Positions 9,566-19,274 are shown, counted from the first letter of the stretch. The stretch is 64,000 nt of DNA from Syntrophales bacterium (GCA_040767195.1 JAXGPA010000001.1:96001-160000); one strand, 5' to 3'. Numbers and translations: made by a program. Notes: generated from the letters alone by a model not told the origin.

Positions 9566-10098
9566 GCGAAATGACGACGTTCCTACGATTGAGAAGAAAG
9601 CCCCCCATCGTGGGGATCATGGGAAGCCACCGGGAGGACTCGCCGGCCCTCGGTGCAGCCCGGAGCCTCGGAGAGGCCGTCGCCGCCCGGGGGCATGTCC
9701 TCCTGACCGGCGGGGGAACGGGCGTCATGGCGGCGGCCAGCGAAGGGGCCTGGCGGGCGGGGGGGCTCGTCCTGGCCATCCTCCCCAACGAGCGGAACCG
9801 ACCCCTCGAAGGCTACCCCAACCGGTTCGTCGATCTTGCCGTCTACACCGGCCTTTCGGACGGCCGGAACGCGGTCAGCGCCAAGACGTCCCACGTGATG
9901 ATCGCCCTCGAGGGCGGGCCGGGCACCCTGTCGGAAATCGCCCTGGCCCTGAAAAGCGGAACCCCTGTCATCGGGCTTCGGGCGCCCCGGTCGGACTTGG
10001 AAAAGCATGAAAATTACCACGCCGTCTCGTCCGTGTCCGAGGCCTTGGAATGCCTGGACCGACTCCTGCCCCCCCATGAAGGGGGACATCTTCCCTAG
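9562..10098 (+). CDS. SLOG superfamily (TIGR00725 / LOG-like) Rossmann protein
   Basis: LLTGGGTGVMAAASEGA, GRN, GGPGTLSEIALA; ATGA overlap with sfsA stop. Confidence 0.85.
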   Translation: MSEMTTFLRLRRKPPIVGIMGSHREDSPALGAARSLGEAVAARGHVLLTGGGTGVMAAASEGAWRAGGLVLAILPNERNRPLEGYPNRFVDLAVYTGLSDGRNAVSAKTSHVMIALEGGPGTLSEIALALKSGTPVIGLRAPRSDLEKHENYHAVSSVSEALECLDRLLPPHEGGHLP

Positions 10099-10109
10099 GA
10101 GGAACGATC

Positions 10110-11570
10110 TTGGAAATTTATCTCGCCGGATTCAATCTCGATTACGAAACGATCCGAGAGGGAGCGGAACACGCGGTCCACCCGGACAGGCTCACCCCGG
10201 AAACCCTTTCCGCCGCCTATGCCCGGATAAGCCGGAGCCCGCTGTCCATACCGGAACTCCGCCGGGCCGCCCGGGGGGAAGTCGCGGACGCGCGCAAGTC
10301 GAACCGGAAGATCGTTTTCGACATGGGTCACAGCTCCATCGCCGAACACGCCGTGTTCAACCTGGACATCCTCGGGGTGTCCCGGCTCGCCGTCGAAACC
10401 ATCGAGCGCTTCCGCCTCTGTTCCTACACGGAGAAGTCCCAGCGTTACGTCCGCCTCGAGGGAGATTACGTCCTCCCGGAAGAAATCCGGCGGGGGGGCC
10501 TGGAACCGGCTTTCCGTGACCTTGTCAACCGGCAAAGCGGCCTCTATCACAGGCTCTATGACAGAATCCGTGAACATCTTGCCGCATCGGCCCCCGAAGG
10601 AACGGCCACGGCGGCCGTTGAAGGCGCTGCCAAGGAGGATGCCCGGTACGTCCTGTCCCTTGCCACGGAAACCCAGCTCGGCATGACCCTGAACGCCCGG
10701 AACCTGGAACTCATGATCCGCCGGTCGGCGGCCCATCCCCTGGCGGAGCTGAACGATTATGGGAAAAAGCTTTACGGGGCCGTCATCGCCGCCGCCCCCT
10801 CCCTGGTCCGCTACGTGGAGCCCACGGCGTATGACCAGGAACGGGAAAAACGGATCGGCGACGCCGTCCGGGCCTTCACCGCCCCCTCTCCGGCGGAACC
10901 AAGGGAGGATGAAAGAGACGGCAACGCCGTCCTCCTGGACTGGACCGCCGACGGGGACGAGAGACTCACCGCCTTCCTCTTTCACACCGTCTCGACCGAA
11001 AGCGCCCGGGCCTGCCTCGGGATCGCCCGGTCTCTCCCGCCGGCCCGGAGGGAGGCCCTTGTCCGCGAGGCCCTCCGGGACATGAAGGCCCACGACACCC
11101 CGCCCCGGGAATTCGAGCACATCGAGCTCACGTACGAGCTGGTGGTCAGCGCCGGCTGCTTCGCCCAGCTGAAAAGACACCGCATGGCCACCCTGACGGC
11201 ACAGCCATACGACCCCGGACTGGGCGTCACCGTCCCGCCCTCGGTCGTCGAAGCGGGGATGGAAACCCCTTTCAGGGACCTGGCGGAAGAAACGGAGAGA
11301 CTCTTCGAGCGGGCCCTCCGTCGGGACCCCGCCGCGGCCCCGTACGTCCTCATGAACGCCCACCGAAAGCGGGTCCTCATGAAGGTGAACGCCCGGGAAC
11401 TGTATCACATGTCCCGCCTCCGCGAGGACCGTCACGCCCAGTGGGACATCCGGGAAACCGTCGCCGCCATGGTCCGCCTGGCGGAAAAAAAACTCCCCCT
11501 CACGTTTCTCCTCGCCGGGGGGAAGGACCGTTTCGAGAGCCTCTACAAAACCCGTTTTCCGGGCTCATGA
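10110..11570 (+). CDS. thyX: FAD-dependent thymidylate synthase, tandem-domain form
   Basis: GHSSIAEHA, RFRLCSYTEKSQRY, EDARYVL, NARNL; second repeat QLKRHR, NAREL.H..RLR..HAQWDIR. Confidence 0.88.
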   Translation: MEIYLAGFNLDYETIREGAEHAVHPDRLTPETLSAAYARISRSPLSIPELRRAARGEVADARKSNRKIVFDMGHSSIAEHAVFNLDILGVSRLAVETIERFRLCSYTEKSQRYVRLEGDYVLPEEIRRGGLEPAFRDLVNRQSGLYHRLYDRIREHLAASAPEGTATAAVEGAAKEDARYVLSLATETQLGMTLNARNLELMIRRSAAHPLAELNDYGKKLYGAVIAAAPSLVRYVEPTAYDQEREKRIGDAVRAFTAPSPAEPREDERDGNAVLLDWTADGDERLTAFLFHTVSTESARACLGIARSLPPARREALVREALRDMKAHDTPPREFEHIELTYELVVSAGCFAQLKRHRMATLTAQPYDPGLGVTVPPSVVEAGMETPFRDLAEETERLFERALRRDPAAAPYVLMNAHRKRVLMKVNARELYHMSRLREDRHAQWDIRETVAAMVRLAEKKLPLTFLLAGGKDRFESLYKTRFPGS

Positions 11571-11626
11571 AAGACGGCGGGAAATCCCGTACGGCGCGGC
11601 GGGGGTTCTTTTTCAAAGCACCGGGA

Positions 11627-11654
11627 TTGACGAACGGTCAAAAAACCCTATAAT
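11627..11654 (+). promoter_or_regulatory. sigma70-like promoter
   Basis: TTGACG-16 nt-TATAAT. Confidence 0.55.
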
Positions 11655-11711
11655 CCGAACATGAGCGGGCCTTTCGGGGCTTCCCGGAACAGGCGAGGAG
11701 ACAAGGCGGTC

Positions 11712-12200
11712 ATGCCAATCTATGAGTTTTACTGCCGGAAATGCAACACCGTTTACAATTTTTTTTCCAGGACGGTGAACACGGACAAGATCCCGAGGTG
11801 CCCCCGCTGTAAAACGGTGAGGCTGAAAAGGCAGATGTCCGTTTTTTCGAAGTTATCGGGAGCCCGGGAGAGCGGGGACGAGGATTTTCCGCCCCTGGAC
11901 GAGGCCCGTATGGAAAAGGCCATGGAGATGCTCGCCGGGGAAGCGGAAAAGATGAACGAGGATGACCCGCGGGGGGCGGCACAACTCATGAGAAAATTGA
12001 GCGACGCCGCGGGGATGAACCTGGGCCCGGCGATGGAAGAAGCCCTGGCCCGGATGGAGCGCGGCGAAGACCCGGAAAAGATCGAGGCAGAGATGGGCGA
12101 CCTCCTGGAGGGGGAGGAACCGTTTCTCTTTGAAAAGAAGGGGAAAGGGGGGAAACGGCGGGGGCCGCCGTCGGTGGACGAAACCCTTTACGACCTTTAG
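11712..12200 (+). CDS. FmdB family zinc-ribbon protein with acidic helical C-terminal extension
   Basis: MPIYEFYCRKC...CPRC...QMS; GAGGAG SD. Confidence 0.85.
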   Translation: MPIYEFYCRKCNTVYNFFSRTVNTDKIPRCPRCKTVRLKRQMSVFSKLSGARESGDEDFPPLDEARMEKAMEMLAGEAEKMNEDDPRGAAQLMRKLSDAAGMNLGPAMEEALARMERGEDPEKIEAEMGDLLEGEEPFLFEKKGKGGKRRGPPSVDETLYDL

Positions 12201-12670
12201 GGGCCCGCCGGCTGCCCCGGAGGGGTCTTTCGAGACCCTTCGTAGACCTCGAGCAGTTCGTCGGCCCGTTCCTTCTCTTCCGGGGTGAGAGCCTGGTAGC
12301 CTCTCGGGTAATCCCATCCATATCCCCATCGGAACCAGGTCGGCCAGTAAGGGAGCCCGCCGAGACGGACCCCTTTTTTCATCAGCGCGGCGACAGCCGG
12401 TTCACCGCAGGCGGCCACGCAGGCCTCCAGGGCCTCGTCGGCGGCAAGCCGCTCCTCCCGGGTGCCGCCCCGCCAGTAGGCCTTGTCGTGCTCGACGCAG
12501 CACGACAGCCAGAGATCCCGGTTTTCCGGGGTTCCGTCGGGAAAAAGGCTGCAGCCGTCGCTGCGGAAAGGTTTCAGGGTTCCCGTGGACGCGCATCCCT
12601 GGAGGGCCAGCACGACGAGAAGAACGATCCGCCACGGCGGGTGCTTCTTTCTCTTTTCCGTTCTTTCCAT
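12197..12670 (-). CDS. Lipoprotein with phospholipase A2-like motifs
   Basis: Lipobox LQGC; SDGCS, CCVEHDKAY and AD..L..C match PLA2-fold signatures. Confidence 0.65.
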   Translation of the reverse strand: MERTEKRKKHPPWRIVLLVVLALQGCASTGTLKPFRSDGCSLFPDGTPENRDLWLSCCVEHDKAYWRGGTREERLAADEALEACVAACGEPAVAALMKKGVRLGGLPYWPTWFRWGYGWDYPRGYQALTPEEKERADELLEVYEGSRKTPPGQPAGP

Positions 12671-12881
12671 GTGCCGAGCACCCTCGGGGCCGCCGCCGTT
12701 CACGAGCGGCCGGGATTGACGGACAGGCGGGACAGCTTTCACGAATCCAATCGTTTCGGTGTTCGCCTTCCTCGCGGGAGATTGACTCTGTCATACCAGA
12801 AGAAAAAGGGAAGAGCAACGGGCGGATCCCGCCCGCTCCACGACCAATGCGCCGTCATCGGCTTTCGAGGATTTCGTTCCC

Positions 12882-14183
12882 ATGAAACCTCCGAGAAAAG
12901 AAGTATGGGGCTGGGCCTTTTATGATTTCGCCAACTCGGCCTTCGCAACGACCGTCATGGCCGGCTTCTTCCCCGTCTTTTTCAAGACGTACGCCTCCCA
13001 GGGAACGGAGGCCATCGTCTCCACGACACGGCTCGGCGTGGCCAATTCCCTCACCGGGATTCTCCTGGCCGTCCTCGCCCCCTGGCTCGGTGCCATGGCG
13101 GACCAGGGAAGAAACCGCAAGTCTTTCCTCGCCGCATTCATGGTCCTGGGGGTTCTGGCGACAGGCTTCCTGTTTGTCGTGCCGCCGGGCCTGTGGGCCG
13201 CCGCCGCCATTCTCTACATCCTGGCGGTACTGGGATTTTCAGCCTCCAACATCTTCAATGACGCCCTCCTGCCGGCCGTGGCGGCGGAAAACCGGTACGA
13301 TTCGGTGTCCGCATTCGGGTTCTCCCTCGGCTACCTGGGAGGCGGTCTTCTTCTGGCCCTCAATCTCTGGATGGTTCACTCCCCGGGAACCTTCGGGCTG
13401 GCCGGTGCCGGGGAAGCCGTACGCTTCTCCTTTCTCACCGTCGCCGCCTGGTGGCTTCTCTTTTCTCTTCCTCTTTTCGGCCTTGTCCGGGAAAACGCCG
13501 CCTCTCTTCCGCCCGCTTCCCGGAAGGCCGTCATCAGCGGAGGGTTCCGCCAGGTCCGGCGGACCCTGAAAAGGCTGAAACATCACCGGACCGTTCTTCT
13601 TTTTCTCGTGGCCTACTGGTGTTACATGGACGGTGTGGACACGGTCATCCGGATGGCTGTCGACTACGGCCTCTCCATCGGTCTTAACGCGAAGGATCTC
13701 CTCATGGCCCTTCTCATGACCCAGTTCGTCAGTTTTCCCGCCGTCCTCGCCTTCGGTTTTTTTGCCGGCCGGGTGGGAGCGAAACGATCCCTTCTTTTCG
13801 GCATAGGCGTCTACTTCTGTCTCTCCGTCTTCGGGGCTTTCATCGACAGCCCCGAAGAATTCTTCATCCTCGCCTTCATCGTGGGCCTCGTTCAGGGCGG
13901 CGTCCAGGCCCTGAGCCGGTCCCTTTTCGGAAGGCTTATACCGCCGGACAGGCCCGGGGAATTCTATGGCTTTTTCAATATGATCGGAAAGTTTTCCGTC
14001 ATTTTCGGACCTCTCCTCGTGGGTCTCACCGGTCAGGCCGCCCGGGCTCTCGGGGCGGAAGGGACCCTGGCCTCCCGTTTCGGCATCGTGGCTGTCGCCC
14101 TGCTTTTCCTGGCCGGCGGCTTCCTTCTCCTCTTCGTCGACGAGAAGAAGGGAAACGCTGAAAGATTCCATGCCGGCGGCTGA
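12882..14183 (+). CDS. MFS transporter, UMF1/ATG22-like
   Basis: WAFYDFANSAF, GYLGG, QALSRSLF, EFYGFF..GK; about 12 hydrophobic segments. Confidence 0.9.
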   Translation: MKPPRKEVWGWAFYDFANSAFATTVMAGFFPVFFKTYASQGTEAIVSTTRLGVANSLTGILLAVLAPWLGAMADQGRNRKSFLAAFMVLGVLATGFLFVVPPGLWAAAAILYILAVLGFSASNIFNDALLPAVAAENRYDSVSAFGFSLGYLGGGLLLALNLWMVHSPGTFGLAGAGEAVRFSFLTVAAWWLLFSLPLFGLVRENAASLPPASRKAVISGGFRQVRRTLKRLKHHRTVLLFLVAYWCYMDGVDTVIRMAVDYGLSIGLNAKDLLMALLMTQFVSFPAVLAFGFFAGRVGAKRSLLFGIGVYFCLSVFGAFIDSPEEFFILAFIVGLVQGGVQALSRSLFGRLIPPDRPGEFYGFFNMIGKFSVIFGPLLVGLTGQAARALGAEGTLASRFGIVAVALLFLAGGFLLLFVDEKKGNAERFHAGG

Positions 14184-14330
14184 AAAAAGTCCGGGAAAAG
14201 AGAGGACAGGCGTTGGACATGGAATTGAATTTCCTGTATCATTGACTCCATGTATGGGAGGGCTTAAACGTCCCGTTTCAAAGCGATGTTTCCCCCATCC
14301 TGCGAAGGAACCCAGAAAGGAGGCACAGGA

Positions 14331-15188
14331 ATGGAAAAAAAGGCCCTTATCGAAATGCTGAACCGCGACCTTGCCGATGAACACGCCGCGGTGATCCGCT
14401 ACCTTGTTCATGCGTACCAGGAAGGGGAGGACACGGTCATGGGCGCCAGCCTTCTTTCCAGGTCCCGGGAGGAAATGTGGCACATGCACTGGCTCGGCAT
14501 GATCATCGCGAAACTCGGCGGGGAGCCCGACTTCACGCCGGGACCCTACCCTTTCGATCCCACGAGCCGGGCGACGATCCTCAAGTCCTACGTCGAATAC
14601 GAGGAAAAGCTCATCCCCCACTACAACGGGGAAGCGGAAAAAGTTGATGACCCCCACATCCGACGGGTCCTCCAGAGAGAAGCCTGGGAATCGGCCATTC
14701 ATGCCCGGCGGTTCCAGCGGCTGCTCGACAAGTTGAGCCCCGAAGAGGCCCGGGCCGGCATCCCCGGGGGAGACCAGGAACTGCCCGGCGGGTTTCTGAA
14801 CACCCTGAAGGGGGAACTGCAGGACAAGTACGACGAGATGCTTCAGCACATCCGCATGGCCTGGGCCTTCCAGGACGCGGGCCAGAGGGGCTGGAATCTC
14901 ATGGACCAGGGCATGGAGAAGATGAAGCAGCTCGCCCTTTTCGCCGAAGCCCTCGCCGAGGACGGGGCGCCGCTCGTTTTCCGGCCCGGGAAGATTGAAC
15001 GGGTCCCCGTTCTCGGGAAAGCCCTGGAGAAAGCGGGGGGGGATGTCCGGGCGGCCCTGAAAAGACACGAAAATTTCCGGAACGACGAAGAGCTCAAAAA
15101 ACACGGGGGCATCGCCGTCAAGCTCGATCTGGCCGTCCGCCAGGAGGCCTTCCAGGCGGAGGAAATCGAGGAATGGATAAGGGAGTGA
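14331..15188 (+). CDS. Ferritin-like protein with two four-helix repeats
   Basis: LN.DLADEH.A..RY..H, EEM.H (bacterioferritin-like); second degenerate repeat; AGGAGG SD. Confidence 0.8.
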   Translation: MEKKALIEMLNRDLADEHAAVIRYLVHAYQEGEDTVMGASLLSRSREEMWHMHWLGMIIAKLGGEPDFTPGPYPFDPTSRATILKSYVEYEEKLIPHYNGEAEKVDDPHIRRVLQREAWESAIHARRFQRLLDKLSPEEARAGIPGGDQELPGGFLNTLKGELQDKYDEMLQHIRMAWAFQDAGQRGWNLMDQGMEKMKQLALFAEALAEDGAPLVFRPGKIERVPVLGKALEKAGGDVRAALKRHENFRNDEELKKHGGIAVKLDLAVRQEAFQAEEIEEWIRE

Positions 15189-15242
15189 AACACCGCGGAA
15201 CGGTGATCTGCGAAAAATTCTCATTGAGAAAGGAGACCATTC

Positions 15243-15446
15243 ATGGAACACACCTATGAAATCATGGAACTGGCGGGATCGTCGAAGACAAGCATGGAAG
15301 ACGCCGTGGCCAACGCCATCGGGAAGGCCGGTAAAAAATCCAAAAACCTGCGCTGGTTCGAGGTCGTGGAAACCCGGGGGTATATCGAGGAAGGCAAGGT
15401 CAGTTTCTGGCAGGTGATCGTCAAGATCGGGGCAACGCTGAAGTAG
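15243..15446 (+). CDS. Dodecin (flavin-binding)
   Basis: Y...ELAGSS..S.EDAV.NAI..A...NLRWFEVVETRG.I...V..WQV..KIG. Confidence 0.92.
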   Translation: MEHTYEIMELAGSSKTSMEDAVANAIGKAGKKSKNLRWFEVVETRGYIEEGKVSFWQVIVKIGATLK

Positions 15447-15611
15447 CCGGATCGAAGGCCGAAGGCGATTCCAGGGATCCGCCAACGTCCTCAAGAGTCG
15501 GGTCCCTGAAAGATGATGCACGGTTTTGAAAACGGGCCGGCCTTCCTCGGGGGCAAGGCCGGCCAAGCGCTTACCGGGGAGGCGGTCCCCGGAAGCGACA
15601 AGGGGGGAACC

Positions 15612-16046
15612 ATGTTTGAAAAGATCCTTTACGCAACGGATTTTTCCGACGAGGCCCGGGAAGCCTTGGAGTATGTCAAAAAACTCAAGGACGCCGGCGG
15701 GCAGGAGGTCGTACTGCTCCATGTAATCGATCGCCGGGGCCTGGACGACCTGGCGAAATTCTCGAAGAAGGATGTTCCCAACGTGCTCGGCGACCTCGAG
15801 AAGAAGATGGCGGGGGAGATGCTTCCCCTGGAAAAGGAACTCCGGGACAAGGGGTTCACCGTCACGAAAAGAATCGAGAAAGGCGGGCCCTGCAATGAAA
15901 TTCTCCGAGTGGCCGATGAAGAAAAGGTTTCCGTCATCGTCGTCGGCTCCCACGGAAAAAGCAACATCGACCAGATGCTCCTGGGCACGGTTTCATACAA
16001 GCTGGTCAAGCGGGTGAAAAAACCGATCCTCGTCATCAAAAAATGA
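15612..16046 (+). CDS. Universal stress protein (USP)
   Basis: KILYATDFS, LLHVID, VVGSHGKS...LLGTVS..LV....PILV. Confidence 0.93.
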   Translation: MFEKILYATDFSDEAREALEYVKKLKDAGGQEVVLLHVIDRRGLDDLAKFSKKDVPNVLGDLEKKMAGEMLPLEKELRDKGFTVTKRIEKGGPCNEILRVADEEKVSVIVVGSHGKSNIDQMLLGTVSYKLVKRVKKPILVIKK

Positions 16047-16119
16047 AAGGCGTCGGAAAACCGTTGCGGGGGCCTCGAAAAAGCGAAGACGGGGGATTCC
16101 GGTCGACAGAACGGGCAAC

Positions 16120-17337
16120 GTGAACGGGAAGGAAAGCACCTCCATCGTCGTGACCTGCGCCAGGGGGATCGCCCCGTATCTGGCGGAAGAACTCGGGTGT
16201 CTCGGGGTTCCCCTTCTCGGGGAGACCGAAACGGCCGTCGAGACGGAGGGAACCCTCGAAGACGCCATGAGGCTCAATCTCCACCTTCGCACAGCCCATC
16301 GTGTTCTCTTTAAATTATTCTCTTTCCAGGCTGACGGCCCAGACCCCCTTTATCGCGCCGTCACCGCGTTTCCCTGGGAAGCGTTTCTCGCGGACCGGGG
16401 GTATTTCTCCGTGACGGCCACCGTCCGGAACCCGGCCATCCGGGACACCCGCTTTGCCGCCCTTCGGGTCAAGGACGGCATCGCTGACCGTTTTTACCGA
16501 AAGCGAGGTCATCGCCCCGATTCGGGTCCCCGACGGCATGAGGCGGTGTTTCATCTGCACTGGATCGAGATGGAGGCATCCCTTTTCCTCGACACGTCGG
16601 GGGAACCCCTCTCCAGGCGGGGATACCGGAAACGGCCCTGGAAGGCCCCCATGGCGGAAACCCTCGCCGCGGCGGCCATCGCCGCCTCCCGCTGGGATCG
16701 GGAATCCCCCTTCGTCAATCCCATGTGCGGAAGCGGCACCCTCGCCATCGAGGCGGCCCTCGCCGCCCTGGGCCGGCCGCCGGGACGAACCCGGAAGAAC
16801 TTCGGATTCATGCATGTTTCCGGTTTCCCGAAAGGGTCGTGGAAAAAAATCCTCGAGGAAGCGGAAAAAAGAGAGAGAGCGTCTCTTCCTTTCAAAATCG
16901 TCGCCACCGACTGGGACCCGGAAGCCCTTTCAGCGGCGGAACAGAACGCCCGGGCTGCCGGCGTGGAAAATCACATTTCCTTTTCCCTGGGACCGTTCGA
17001 AGAGACGGAAATCCCGGAAGGGAAAGGGGTCATCTTCATGAACCCGGAATATGGCGAAAGGATGGGGGACGCGGCCCGCCTCAAGGACGTGTACCGCCGG
17101 ATCGGCGATTTCATGAAAGAAAAGGGACGGGGATACCGGGGGTTCATCTTCACGGGAAACCAAGAGCTCGCCAAGGCCGTCGGCCTGAGGGCCCGTCGGC
17201 GGATTCCCTTTTTCAACGGTCCCCTCGAATGCAGGCTTCTCGAATACGAACTCTACGAGGGAAGCCGCAGGGGACGTTTTCCCCAGGGAAACGGTTCCGG
17301 GGACGACCCCCGGAAGGAGAGGTCTCACACCCCATGA
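16120..17337 (+). CDS. THUMP-domain RNA methyltransferase (RlmL-like)
   Basis: NLHLRTAHRV, RRGYR..APMAETLAAA, NPMCGSGT, NPEYGER. Confidence 0.88.
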   Translation: MNGKESTSIVVTCARGIAPYLAEELGCLGVPLLGETETAVETEGTLEDAMRLNLHLRTAHRVLFKLFSFQADGPDPLYRAVTAFPWEAFLADRGYFSVTATVRNPAIRDTRFAALRVKDGIADRFYRKRGHRPDSGPRRHEAVFHLHWIEMEASLFLDTSGEPLSRRGYRKRPWKAPMAETLAAAAIAASRWDRESPFVNPMCGSGTLAIEAALAALGRPPGRTRKNFGFMHVSGFPKGSWKKILEEAEKRERASLPFKIVATDWDPEALSAAEQNARAAGVENHISFSLGPFEETEIPEGKGVIFMNPEYGERMGDAARLKDVYRRIGDFMKEKGRGYRGFIFTGNQELAKAVGLRARRRIPFFNGPLECRLLEYELYEGSRRGRFPQGNGSGDDPRKERSHTP

Positions 17338-19223
17338 CAACCATGGACACATCCAAGTGGAAGGAAAAAATCGTCCCGCCCGAGACCGTTCTTTCCCAGA
17401 TCAAGCCGGGCATGAGCATCTTTCTCGGAACCGGCGTGGCCGAGCCGCGGACCCTGATCCGGCATCTCATGGCATCCTCCCTTCACAACCTGAAGGACCT
17501 TGACCTGATCCAGCTTCTCAGCTTTGGTGACGCCATCCCCCTGGACGAGCGCTATGTCCAGAAATACCGGCTCAGGACCTTTTTCAGCGGATGGGTCGCC
17601 AGTGAGGCGATCACGGCGGGACGGATCGACCTCATCCCCTACCGCTTTTCGCGGATTCCCGATTTTTTCCGCTCCCAGATGGTCCGGTTGGACGCCGCCT
17701 TCATCAAGGTCACGGCACCCGATGAGAGGGGTTTCTGCAGCCTCGGTCCCGCCGTGGACGTGGCCCGCCACGCCATGGAACACGCCCGGCTCGTGGTGGG
17801 TGAAATGAGCGACCGGCACCCCTTTGCCCTGGGGGACACCCTCATACACGTGTCGAACCTCCAGTTCATCGTCCGATCCGAGGAACCGCCTCTCTATTTT
17901 CCCCGGTGGAAAACAGACGAGACCTTTGACCGTCTCGCTCGAAACGTGGCGTCCATCATCGAGGACGGAAGCTGCCTCTGCTTCCTCTTCGGCGCCCTTT
18001 TCGAAGCCCTCGTGAAGCCCCTGTCGCGGAAACGCAACCTGGGAATCCAGTCCCTTCTTTTCACCGACCCCCTCATGGACCTGATCCAGAGCGGCGCGGT
18101 GACAAACCGGAAAAAAAGGCTCTTCAGGGGAAAGACGCTCGCCTCCTACGCCCAGGGGACGGAGAAGCTCATGGGCTGGCTCTGCGGAAACCCCCTGGTG
18201 GAATTTCAGGGAATCGACGTGGTGACCGACCCGAGAAGCATCGGTCTCAATGACCGCTTCATGGCCATCGTTCCCGCCCGGAAAGTCGATCTGACGGGCA
18301 ACATCGCCCTCCACGCCGGAAAGGGGAATGTCACCGCCGGGCCCGGGGAAGTCCAGGAACTGATCGCCGGCGCCATTCACTCCCGGGGCGGCAGAACCAT
18401 CATGGCCCTCCCAAGCCGCAATCTCGAGGGAAAGGCCAACATCCTGCCCTCGGTGGACCCCTACCCCAACCAGTTCACCTACCGGGAGTCCATCGACTTT
18501 ATTGTCACGGACTACGGTATCGCCCCACTCCGGGGACGGACCGTCCGGGAACGGGCCCTGGCCCTCATTGACATCGCCCACCCCGACGATCGGGGCCTTC
18601 TCGTGGAGGAGGCCAGGAAAGCGAACATTCTGTACCGTGACCAGATTTATCTCACCGAATCGGGCCGGCTTTACCCGGAAGAGATCTCCACCGTTCACAC
18701 CTTCGGGGACGACCTGACAGTCCGTTTCCGGCCCATTCGACCTTCCGACGAGGACGAGATGAGAAGGCTCTTCTACCGCTTCTCCGACCAGGCCGTCTAT
18801 TACCGCTATTTCAGCCCCGTCAAGACCATGCCCCACATGAAGATGCAGACGTACGTGAACGTCGACTATGAAAAAATCCTGTCCGTCGTCGGGACGGTGA
18901 CCGATCAGGGCATGGAACGGATCATCGCCGAGGGCCGGTATGTCCGCCTGGAAGACTCCCCTTACGCCGACACGGCCTTCATCGTGGATGAAAAATACCA
19001 GGGGTCGGGAATCGCCTCCTTCCTTTTCCTTCTCCTCGTGGAAGAGGCGAAAAAGCGAAATGTCCGCGGGTTCAGGGCGGATGTCCTCGGGGACAACAAG
19101 GCCATGATGAAGGTCTTCGAGAAGGCGCCTTTTCCGCTTCAGGTTGTCGTGAACGCTGGGGTTTACGAACTGACCATTCCCTTTCCCGAAAACGGCGAAG
19201 ACCGGAACAGGGAACCAGGGTGA
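17334..19223 (+). CDS. Acetyl-CoA hydrolase/transferase-like domain (degenerate) fused to GNAT acetyltransferase
   Basis: IFLGTGVAEP, VTAPDERGFCSLG, IVTDYGIA.LRG.TVRERALALIDIAHP; GNAT RPIRPSD, YQGSGIA. Confidence 0.87.
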   Translation: MTTMDTSKWKEKIVPPETVLSQIKPGMSIFLGTGVAEPRTLIRHLMASSLHNLKDLDLIQLLSFGDAIPLDERYVQKYRLRTFFSGWVASEAITAGRIDLIPYRFSRIPDFFRSQMVRLDAAFIKVTAPDERGFCSLGPAVDVARHAMEHARLVVGEMSDRHPFALGDTLIHVSNLQFIVRSEEPPLYFPRWKTDETFDRLARNVASIIEDGSCLCFLFGALFEALVKPLSRKRNLGIQSLLFTDPLMDLIQSGAVTNRKKRLFRGKTLASYAQGTEKLMGWLCGNPLVEFQGIDVVTDPRSIGLNDRFMAIVPARKVDLTGNIALHAGKGNVTAGPGEVQELIAGAIHSRGGRTIMALPSRNLEGKANILPSVDPYPNQFTYRESIDFIVTDYGIAPLRGRTVRERALALIDIAHPDDRGLLVEEARKANILYRDQIYLTESGRLYPEEISTVHTFGDDLTVRFRPIRPSDEDEMRRLFYRFSDQAVYYRYFSPVKTMPHMKMQTYVNVDYEKILSVVGTVTDQGMERIIAEGRYVRLEDSPYADTAFIVDEKYQGSGIASFLFLLLVEEAKKRNVRGFRADVLGDNKAMMKVFEKAPFPLQVVVNAGVYELTIPFPENGEDRNREPG

Positions 19224-19274
19224 CCGTTAAAGGAAAAGAAATTTACATCGAACGGGGCAGGAGAGGTTACCGGC

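Noticed and set aside
14331..15188. Encapsulin cargo protein
   Set aside because: No targeting peptide at the C-terminus and no encapsulin gene in the window
13239..15953. 904-aa minus-strand ORF
   Set aside because: Antisense shadow across four well-supported plus-strand genes; no motifs; typical high-GC artefact
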